Source: Acidimicrobiia bacterium
Lineage (GTDB): Bacteria > Actinomycetota > Acidimicrobiia > Spongiisociales > JAENVV01
Direction of reading: 5' to 3'
NCBI GenBank assembly: GCA_024637275.1
Contig: JAGXFS010000104.1
Location: 37 to 64,036 of the forward strand
Length of the DNA stretch: 64,000 bases
Below the pieces are notes generated by a model. That model searched no databases and was not told the DNA's origin. It was given only the letters and a program-made list of their open reading frames with translations. A program made the position numbers and the translations under genes. Of the stretch, positions 57,185 through 64,000 are shown piece after piece; positions within the stretch are counted from its first letter, which is position 1; the number at the start of each line of letters is the position of its first letter.

Positions 57185-58330
57185 GTGACTGATTCGGCAA
57201 ATCGGCGCAGACCGGTCGTCATCTGGCTCCTGACGGCGTTTGGCTTCGCGGCCTTTGCGGCGCTGGGATTTACGGACGGCGCTCTCGGACCCAGCTGGCC
57301 GACGATACGCGGCGAGTTCGGCCTGCCGGTATCGGGTCTGGGGATCATCACCGCCGCATTGACGATGGGATACATCAGCGGGTCGCTCGTCGGTCCCCGG
57401 GTCACCGCAAAGCTGGGGATAGGCAGATCGATGGTCGGTGCGGTGGGCCTGGGTGTCGTGTCTCTTGTGGTATTCGTTTCGGCACCGAACTGGCCAACAG
57501 TTATTTTGACCTGGTACTTGAGTGGGGTCGGTGGCGGATGGCTCGACATGACCGTCAATTCGTATTTCGCTCGGTACCGGTCGCTGCGCGCGATGAATTT
57601 GTTACATGGCCTCTACGGAGTGGGGGCCACGCTCGGTCCACTCGTGGTGGTGACGATACTCCCGAACTGGCGGTGGGCCTTTGTCGGTTTGGCCGTAGTG
57701 GGCGTCGTGCTGTTTGCCACAGCGATGGCCGTTTCGCCGATGTGGAAAACCGTTCCGGTTAATGGCAGCAGCGGGGTGGGCCGCCCGGCCAGGGCTTCGA
57801 CCCTCGCCGCCTTTTTCGTGTACACAGGAATGGAGGTGGCTGCGGGCCAATGGTCGTTCACGCTGTTGTTCGAACAGAGAGGGATCGCCGAATCGGCGGC
57901 CGGTCTCTGGGTCGGGCTTTTTTGGGGTGGCTTGACGGCGGGCCGAATCGGCATGGGCCTTTTCGGTAAACGCGTATCCACCAAGGGGGCGATCGACGTG
58001 TCCGTGGTGACGATCCTGGTTGGAGCCGTCACCTTGTGGTTGGATCCTGCTGGATGGGGTGTCGTTGGTTTGCCAATCCTCGGTCTCGGTATGGCTTCGG
58101 TGTTTCCGGGCCTGGTGTCCCTGACTCCCGGGCAAGTGGGAGGCGACGGTACGGACGCGGCGGTCGGATACCAACTTGCGATGGCCGGGCTGGGAGCTGC
58201 CTTCCTGCCGTGGGTGGTCGGCGTCCTCGCCGACCGTTTCACGGTCGAAGTCCTGGGGCCGGTGCTGCTGGTCAGCTGGGCAGTCCTGGCGTACGCCTGG
58301 TTGCGGGCCCGGACGCTTAGGGCTACTTAG
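57185..58330 (+). CDS. MFS transporter
   Basis: 12-TM pattern. GTG 57185 is chosen because the ATG 57038 version would overlap the divergent selenoprotein gene by 38 nt. Hydrophobic helices begin right after (PVVIWLLTAFGFAAFAALGF). Confidence 0.75.
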   Translation: MTDSANRRRPVVIWLLTAFGFAAFAALGFTDGALGPSWPTIRGEFGLPVSGLGIITAALTMGYISGSLVGPRVTAKLGIGRSMVGAVGLGVVSLVVFVSAPNWPTVILTWYLSGVGGGWLDMTVNSYFARYRSLRAMNLLHGLYGVGATLGPLVVVTILPNWRWAFVGLAVVGVVLFATAMAVSPMWKTVPVNGSSGVGRPARASTLAAFFVYTGMEVAAGQWSFTLLFEQRGIAESAAGLWVGLFWGGLTAGRIGMGLFGKRVSTKGAIDVSVVTILVGAVTLWLDPAGWGVVGLPILGLGMASVFPGLVSLTPGQVGGDGTDAAVGYQLAMAGLGAAFLPWVVGVLADRFTVEVLGPVLLVSWAVLAYAWLRARTLRAT

Positions 58331-58797
58331 GCGGGGTTTTCGGCCTTGGCGATCAGATAGCCTTCGGCGCGTTCGGCCTTCGGGTAACGGGCGAGAAGCT
58401 CCTTGAAAGCCGCGCCATGGCCGGACTCCGAAAGGTGGGCAAGTTCATGGATCAGCACGTAGTCAATCACCCAGTCGGGGAATTCGGTCATACGCGACGA
58501 CAGACGAATGCTTCCATTGGCGGGTGTGCATGAGCCCCACCGGTGGTTCTGGCGGGTCGACCACGAGACGGTTTTTGGACGTTTGAGGTCGTACTGGTCG
58601 GCTAGCCGTGCCGCCCGTTCAACAAGCCCGGCGGCTGACGTCTTTTTGGTTGCGAGTTTGGTCCGCATCACGTCGACCCAATGGGCTTCTTGCTCGGCGG
58701 TCAACGTATCAGGGACCATCACTTTGAGCACCCCGGATTCGACCCGGGCTTGGATGGTCTTTCGGCGACGGGCCGATCGGATTACTTCTACTTCCAT
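58327..58797 (-). CDS. YgjP-like (DUF45/M48-related) zinc metallohydrolase
   Basis: WGSCTPANGSIRLSSRM…IDYVLIHELAHL: the HExxH motif preceded by the WGSC signature of the YgjP/SprT-like family. Confidence 0.75.
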   Translation of the reverse strand: MEVEVIRSARRRKTIQARVESGVLKVMVPDTLTAEQEAHWVDVMRTKLATKKTSAAGLVERAARLADQYDLKRPKTVSWSTRQNHRWGSCTPANGSIRLSSRMTEFPDWVIDYVLIHELAHLSESGHGAAFKELLARYPKAERAEGYLIAKAENPA

Positions 58798-58980
58798 TCA
58801 CCCACCGTATCGCCTTGCGATGACAGAAACCACTTTGGCCAACCTGGGCACAATGACCGGGTCCGTGGAGCCGACCGGGCGGCGCTCGAAGTTCTCTTGC
58901 GTAGTTCTAAGGGTCAGCCTCGCGAAATTTCGGTCAGAAGAATTCTTGAGTATAGGAGACCCGTGACTGAGAGTAGGGGT

Positions 58981-60942
58981 ATGGTCACGGCATCAGTAGC
59001 CCGATCAATCGGGCATTTTCGTCGTCCAAAAAGGAGACCTTTCGTGGTACGACCCCGCAGACACAAAGCAAGGCTAATACTTCTATTAGTGGTGAGCATG
59101 GTGATGGTTGCCGGCCTCTCGGCACCGTCGGGTGCTCATCCAGACCCCGGGGACGAGGACGCGCACGACGGCGCAGGTGACCTCTCCGCCCCATCCGATC
59201 CAAGCTTGGCCTTATCGACGCATGATGCGTCTAACGCAAACGTGATATCGACCGGGCCAATGGCGAAGGTAACGAAGAACTTGGCCGTGGTTGGGCGCGG
59301 CGAGCGCAATGTCGGCGACGCAACCACTGATGTCTGGGCATACGACGGCTTCGCCTATACCGGCACATTCAATAGTCCGTGCGGTGGCGATCCCGAGGCC
59401 GGTATCTGGGTCTGGGACGTGCACAACAAGAACAAGCCAACGTTCTCCAACATCATCCAGTCGCCGACTGGCAGTCGTACGAACGACGTTCGCGTCAACG
59501 GCATGAACTCGGGTGACGTTCTTGTTCACTCGAACGAATCGTGCGCAGGCGGTCCCGGTGGATTCGAGATTTACAACGTCGACGATCCGACAAACCCGGT
59601 CGCGTTGGCGTCGGTGCGGATCGACGACCCGAACCCCCTGACCCCATCCATCTTCGGGCCGATCACCGATGTCGGTGTGCACAACCTCTGGCTCTTCCGG
59701 CAGGGCGGCAGCGACTATGTAGGCGTCACCACTGAAACGGCCTATGGCAACTTCCACATCTACGACATCACGGACCCGACGAACCCGGTTCTCGTCTCGT
59801 TCTATGGCGCCGAAGAGACGTTTGATCCCGGAGTCGTTGCGAGTGGTGATTTCACCCGGAATCTCAATGCCGCGATCTGGCTGACCAGTGGGTTCGGGGC
59901 GTCCGCAAACCGTTTCCTGCACGATGTGACGATCAGCGCTGACGGTACCGAGGCGTACCTCGCCAACTGGGACGCCGGGCTCATCAAGCTCGATATCTCC
60001 GATCCGGCCAACCCGACACTGATCTCCGTCGCGATCGATCCGGTCAACGGCTCGCTCGACGGTGAAGTCAACAGCCACTCGGTCTGGCCGAGCGCCGACG
60101 GTTCGATCGTCGTCGAAGGCGAAGAGGACTTTTCGGCATGGGAGGCCACCGTTGCTCCCGGAAACGTCACATTCGGCAATGGCAATCCCATCCCGGGGGT
60201 CATGGCGGCAACCACAACAGGCGATGCATTCGAAGGCAGCCAAACTGGCAATGCCGGGTTCATCACGGCGGCCAGCGTGGAAGTCACGAGCGGGCCACTG
60301 GCCGGTTCGGTCTTCGGTGCTAACGAGTTCAGCGGAAACAACTTCCCGCTCGGCGCAGGCTCCTACGCAGGCAACTTCGTGTGGATCGGGCGAGCCTGCA
60401 ATGGCGATCCGATCTCGAACACGGTCGGCGCCGGTGATATCGCCGTTGTTCGTCGCGGAGCGTGCTCGTTTGCCCAGAAGTCCCAGAACGCGGCCGCCGC
60501 TGGTGCAGGTGCCATCGTCGTGACGAACAACAACCCGACGTCCACGCCGTGGTCCGGTCTGAGGATCTGGGACTACAGCGACGACGCCAACCCGGTGTTG
60601 GCATCGACGTTCAACACCGTGTGTAGTGCCTCGACGGCACCGTCGGCTAAGTGTGATGCCAACGGCACGTACTCGGTGCACAACGTGCAGGTCGAGAACA
60701 AGGGCAACAAGGTGTTCGCCTACGTCTCCTGGTACTGGGACGGCATGCTCGTCTTGGACGTGACCGACCCGTACAACGTCAAAGAGGTAGCCCGCTACCT
60801 CGACACCTCTGGTCCGAACGCCGGCTTGGCCAACGACTTCTGGGGCGTCTACAAAGAAGCCAACAGCCCCTTCCTGTACGGGTCCGACCGCAACGGTGGT
60901 CTCTACATATTCAAGGAGAAAGGCTCTGGCTCAGGCAAGTAG
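58981..60942 (+). CDS. Large secreted protein with LVIVD-type beta-propeller repeats and an inserted PA (protease-associated) domain
   Basis: Arg-rich n-region plus hydrophobic signal peptide (…ARLILLLVVSMVMVAGLSAPSGA). Repeated …Y/WxxGxAYxG…/…Vxx…Y… blades. PA-domain motif GDIAVVRRGACSFAQKSQNAAAAGAGAIVVTNN. ATG 58981 is preceded by AGGGG. Confidence 0.6.
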   Translation: MVTASVARSIGHFRRPKRRPFVVRPRRHKARLILLLVVSMVMVAGLSAPSGAHPDPGDEDAHDGAGDLSAPSDPSLALSTHDASNANVISTGPMAKVTKNLAVVGRGERNVGDATTDVWAYDGFAYTGTFNSPCGGDPEAGIWVWDVHNKNKPTFSNIIQSPTGSRTNDVRVNGMNSGDVLVHSNESCAGGPGGFEIYNVDDPTNPVALASVRIDDPNPLTPSIFGPITDVGVHNLWLFRQGGSDYVGVTTETAYGNFHIYDITDPTNPVLVSFYGAEETFDPGVVASGDFTRNLNAAIWLTSGFGASANRFLHDVTISADGTEAYLANWDAGLIKLDISDPANPTLISVAIDPVNGSLDGEVNSHSVWPSADGSIVVEGEEDFSAWEATVAPGNVTFGNGNPIPGVMAATTTGDAFEGSQTGNAGFITAASVEVTSGPLAGSVFGANEFSGNNFPLGAGSYAGNFVWIGRACNGDPISNTVGAGDIAVVRRGACSFAQKSQNAAAAGAGAIVVTNNNPTSTPWSGLRIWDYSDDANPVLASTFNTVCSASTAPSAKCDANGTYSVHNVQVENKGNKVFAYVSWYWDGMLVLDVTDPYNVKEVARYLDTSGPNAGLANDFWGVYKEANSPFLYGSDRNGGLYIFKEKGSGSGK

Positions 60943-61068
60943 GGCGAGATAGATCGGAGGACCCCCGGTGAAGAAACCGGGGGTCCTCCGCGTTCAGACC
61001 TCGAAAACCGGGTCGCGAGCCAGGCAAACTGGCGACCTCAGAGCGAGTCGCCCCCTAGATTATGTTGA

Positions 61069-62277
61069 GTGAGCATCACGACTGGACCCGTGGCAGCCGA
61101 GGAATTCGACGAGTGGTTCGCCACGATGGGCGTCGCGTTCGCCACTGATACTTCACCTGAGCAACTGGAGCGGGCCAAGCGTCGGCACCGGCAGGAGCGG
61201 TCGATGACGGCCCGAGACGGCGATACGCTCGTGGCAACCTTCGGGTCGTTCCCCTTTGAAACCACCATTCCTGGTGGGCAATTGCCAACCAGCGGGGTGA
61301 CCGGGGTTGCGATACTGCCGACCCATCGCCGGCGAGGTATCACCCGTCGCCTGATGGTCGAACACTTCGCGGATTGTTTGGAACGGGGCGAGCCTTTGGC
61401 GTCGCTTTGGGCTTCAGAGGCCGTCATCTACGGTCGGTTTGGCTATGGGTTGGCGACCCGTCAGCATGATCTGAAGTTGACCGTACGCCCGGGGATGTTT
61501 GTCGGTGCGCCTGCTTCCGGCCACGAGTTCCGACTGGTCGAACGGGATGAAGCGCTGAGAATTTTCCCCGGGCTCTTTGATGTGGAGCGTCAGCGGCGCC
61601 CGGGAATGTTCACCAGGGACGATGCTTGGTGGGAGTTGTTGTTTTCAGATCCGCCCGACCGGCGGGAGGGCTGGAGTGCCCATCGTCGGCTGGTCGCGTC
61701 GGTCGATGGCGTAGATGTGGGATATGCCATTTTTCGCGCGAAGTGGAATGACCAGGGTCGCCAGATCGTAAGGCTGTCGGAGGCGTTTGGGGCCGACGAC
61801 ACATCTGAACGCGCGGTCTGGCAGTTCCTCACTGAGATCGACCTGGTCGATGAGGTCGTCAACTGGAATGATCCGATCGACCGGCCGTTCGACTGGTGGT
61901 TGTCGGACCCTCGGCTCGCCGCCCGCAAAGTCAGCGATGCTTTGTACCTGCGGCTGGTTGATGTGCGGGCAGCCCTCCAGGAACGCTCGTATCAGCGCGA
62001 TGGCACCGTGACCCTGGCCGTTGCGGATCCGGTTTGTCCGTGGAACGAGAAGACTTATCGCCTTACGGTGTCTGCCGGACGGGGCTTGTGCGACCTAGTT
62101 GACAATGACCCGGATGTGTGGATAGACGTAGCGGCACTCGCGTCGGCATATCTGGGCGACCGATCGCCCTTCGAACTGGCCCGGGTTGGTCGTGTCACCG
62201 GTAACACTGAGGCCATCTCTCTGCTTGGAGACATGCTGCGATCCGATGTTGCCGCCTACTGCCAGGAGATGTTTTAG
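61069..62277 (+). CDS. Eis-like GNAT acetyltransferase (GNAT domains + SCP2-like C-terminal domain)
   Basis: ~400 aa. Acetyl-CoA-binding motif LPTHRRRGITRRLM and the family N-terminus (FDEWFATMGVAF). Length matches mycobacterial Eis. GTG start. Confidence 0.7.
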   Translation: MSITTGPVAAEEFDEWFATMGVAFATDTSPEQLERAKRRHRQERSMTARDGDTLVATFGSFPFETTIPGGQLPTSGVTGVAILPTHRRRGITRRLMVEHFADCLERGEPLASLWASEAVIYGRFGYGLATRQHDLKLTVRPGMFVGAPASGHEFRLVERDEALRIFPGLFDVERQRRPGMFTRDDAWWELLFSDPPDRREGWSAHRRLVASVDGVDVGYAIFRAKWNDQGRQIVRLSEAFGADDTSERAVWQFLTEIDLVDEVVNWNDPIDRPFDWWLSDPRLAARKVSDALYLRLVDVRAALQERSYQRDGTVTLAVADPVCPWNEKTYRLTVSAGRGLCDLVDNDPDVWIDVAALASAYLGDRSPFELARVGRVTGNTEAISLLGDMLRSDVAAYCQEMF

Positions 62278-62399
62278 GGCGCACCCCCAACGCAGTGGCG
62301 CGCCACGAACGTCGGTTTTGCGACATTTCGTCAGTATGTGTTACGGGCGCGTGATCTACTTCTGTTGACCTTCCAACTGGGTCGGGCCTAGCTTTCCGA

Positions 62400-62472
62400 T
62401 CTTCCTCTCCTCAGATCTGGCCTGCCAGTTGGGGTTGCCTCACGCCCTGGGGCCCACAACTGAGGAGGGAAG
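62400..62472 (+). promoter_or_regulatory. RBS-sequestering hairpin: anti-SD CUUCCUCUCCUCAG (62401-14) pairs with SD/AUG-proximal CUGAGGAGGGAAG (62460-72)
   Basis: 13 bp with one bulged U, covering the whole Shine-Dalgarno up to 1 nt before the ATG 62473. The 45-nt loop carries a further CCAACTGG/CCAGTTGG inverted repeat. Confidence 0.45.
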
Positions 62473-63456
62473 ATGAAACGTTTCTCTATCGCACTAGCGG
62501 TCGCTCTACTGGTGACGCTGGTCTCGATGGTCGGCGCGGTAGCCGACCACCAATTGGACATCACTACTACGAAGGCGCCGATCACTCCGGATGGTACGAC
62601 GGCCGGTGCGATTACCGACTTCGTGCTGACCTTCCGTGATATCGATCCGGCAGTCTTCGGCATCAGCATGCTTGCGGGGGGAACGGTGACCGCAACGCTG
62701 CCACCGGCCTTCGTGAACACCGAGGTCGGGACGAACACGGCGATTCTGCTCCAGGGATGGCCCCAGAGCCCACCCGCTCCGCCACCAGCTTTCCCGTGGG
62801 TGACTACGACAGGTGCCAATACGGTCACCGCTACGCTCACCTCAGATTTTCTGGTTGGCGACAGTGGGCCGGGGTTCAAGCAGGTCCACTTGCTGCTGAA
62901 CTCGTTCCGTAATCCCGGTCCTGGCATGTACGACGTGGATTTGGTTATTCAGCCAGATCCAACATCGACTGTGACGTACTCAGGGATCGGCACGGTGCAC
63001 ATTCTGCCCAAGGCTCGCCCCAGTGTGAATGCGGTCAGTGTGTTCAGCGGGGGAGCGCCGCCTCCGTTCAACAACGCCATCTATCAGTCGGTACTTGCGG
63101 GCGATGCGGCGAATCCCGTCGGGCTGTACCTGTGGGACGGAGGCAGCTCGGTGCTTGACGGCGTCTTCGCTCCATTCCTTGACGTCGACATTGCCATGAC
63201 CAGTCTCACGCACGGGCGCCTGGTCCAGGGCAAGAAGACGGTGGGTCAAGTGTGGATCGACGCACCTGCTGGAGCCGACGATTACGGGATCGCGACCGGC
63301 GGTCCGTCGTCGCCCGGCATCACGGCGATCAGCGGGTTCCCGGTTGGGGTCTTGCTGACGACGTTCACGACCGATGCTGACGTCACCGGCCCCTACACGA
63401 TCACCTATCGGCTCAACAACGGGAACACCCAGAGGTTGTTCGTAACCGCCCAGTAG
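62473..63456 (+). CDS. Secreted hypothetical protein (signal peptide, Thr/Gly/Pro-rich, predicted beta-rich)
   Basis: ATG is preceded by the strong SD GAGGAGGGAAG. N-terminus MKRFSIALAVALLVTLVSMVGAVA (signal peptide). No known motif. Confidence 0.65.
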   Translation: MKRFSIALAVALLVTLVSMVGAVADHQLDITTTKAPITPDGTTAGAITDFVLTFRDIDPAVFGISMLAGGTVTATLPPAFVNTEVGTNTAILLQGWPQSPPAPPPAFPWVTTTGANTVTATLTSDFLVGDSGPGFKQVHLLLNSFRNPGPGMYDVDLVIQPDPTSTVTYSGIGTVHILPKARPSVNAVSVFSGGAPPPFNNAIYQSVLAGDAANPVGLYLWDGGSSVLDGVFAPFLDVDIAMTSLTHGRLVQGKKTVGQVWIDAPAGADDYGIATGGPSSPGITAISGFPVGVLLTTFTTDADVTGPYTITYRLNNGNTQRLFVTAQ

Positions 63457-63822
63457 CAAAACGTGATCCTGGGGTTCGATGGGGACACCCCACGGACCCC
63501 AGGGTGGGCTTATCGCATCGATCGATTCATGTCGACTCCGCGAAGTTCGATATCCAGGTCGAACGGTTCTCCTTCGTTCGGAGCCATCACATCGAACCCT
63601 CAGCCGCTCATCGGATGGGAGTGTATGCGAGGCGAATTTGTCCATGAGATCAGGTGGTTTACCCAAAGGGATCTGGCTTCGATGGACGTTCGGATCGCCC
63701 CGGCGACGCTACCGGCGTTGATCGCAGCGCTTATCGAAGGGGGTCCCGGTCCGATAGCGGTCGACGCCGGCTTGTAGTCAATGTCTCACTCAAGCCGGTT
63801 TCCGTTACTATTCCCGGCCGCA

Positions 63823-64000
63823 TGTCTGCTTCTTCCTTTAGAAACATCGCTTTGATCGCGCACGTCGATCATGGCAAAACCACTCTCGTTGATGCGATGC
63901 TCCGGACGACCGGCGTTTTCGCAGCTCACGAACGCCCTGATGACCGGGTCATGGACTCGAATGACCAGGAGCGTGAACGCGGAATCACCATCCTTGCCAA
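63823..64000 (+). CDS. typA: Translational GTPase TypA/BipA (5' partial; truncated by the window end)
   Basis: N-terminus [28 protein letters not shown]…[16 protein letters not shown] (G1 motif and the TypA-specific N-terminus). Confidence 0.88.

Noticed and set aside
57076-57558. N-terminal extension of the selenoprotein ORF (track start 57558)
   Set aside because: It would overlap the divergent MFS gene by ~370 nt and encodes Pro/Thr-rich low-complexity sequence. ATG 57075 (MSDTTVRARAN…) is taken as the start.
63463-63777. 104-codon ORF between the secreted protein gene and typA
   Set aside because: It has no clear GC3 bias, a Ser/Pro-rich low-complexity translation, and no RBS. Most likely it is a non-coding intergenic/leader region of typA.
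1-64000. Search by eye for CRISPR arrays, IS elements/transposases, integrases or att sites next to tRNA-Pro, rRNA genes and obvious toxin-antitoxin pairs
   Set aside because: No regularly spaced direct repeats, no transposase/integrase-like ORFs and no terminal inverted repeats were seen. The window looks like core chromosome rather than a mobile island.

Overview
This is a high-GC actinobacterial-type chromosomal segment, almost fully coding, with many 1-4 nt start/stop overlaps that suggest translational coupling. Most of it is a conserved housekeeping backbone whose order matches the Mycobacterium tuberculosis chromosome (recalled from memory). The first block is GT2 mannosyltransferase-like, then a tightly coupled GNAT–NUDIX–unknown–M20 peptidase–HAD operon, a rhomboid on the minus strand, tlyA–nadK–recN, an inserted acyl-CoA synthetase, pyrG–NUDIX–xerD, an inserted DksA/TraR-like + HD-domain pair, scpA–scpB–rluB, an inserted aroA, cmk, ispH (minus) and der. 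The second conserved block is pgsA-like–gcvH–garA-like FHA–merR–(DD-carboxypeptidase, hpt)–DUF151–K+ channel–merR. Other clearly recognisable units are: one tRNA-Pro(GGG); a 5-gene peptide (Dpp/Opp-type) ABC transporter; pstSCAB–phoU followed by a response regulator and PAS histidine kinase; rnhB; ppdK; an enoyl-CoA hydratase; cysK; a nucleoside hydrolase; a DUF4395/thioredoxin-like pair; an Acs-like ligase; an Asp/Glu-type racemase; two MFS transporters; a YgjP-like metallohydrolase; a large LVIVD/PA-domain secreted protein; an Eis-like GNAT; and a partial typA at the 3' edge.

The most interesting signal is on the minus strand at 55909–57075. Two ORFs that look separate are in the same frame and are joined by a single TGA. 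That TGA is followed by an fdhF-like SECIS hairpin with a GGUC-containing loop and by a U-P-F-C redox motif. This predicts a ~388-aa selenocysteine protein of the GrdB/PrdB (selenoprotein B) type with Sec at residue ~151. It sits in a cluster with a racemase, MFS transporters and an acyl-CoA ligase, which may be an undescribed D-amino-acid reductase-like system.

Other notable observations:
- Two conserved CDSs (the CDP-alcohol phosphatidyltransferase and a PD-(D/E)xK-like protein) have no ATG/GTG/TTG start and begin right after the upstream stop codon.
- A GarA orthologue carries a novel N-terminal zinc ribbon that embeds an ETS phospho-motif.
- A K+ channel has a non-canonical TVGF-LE selectivity filter.
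- A 13-bp anti-SD/SD hairpin lies upstream of a secreted protein gene.
- PHO-box-like direct repeats lie upstream of pstS.
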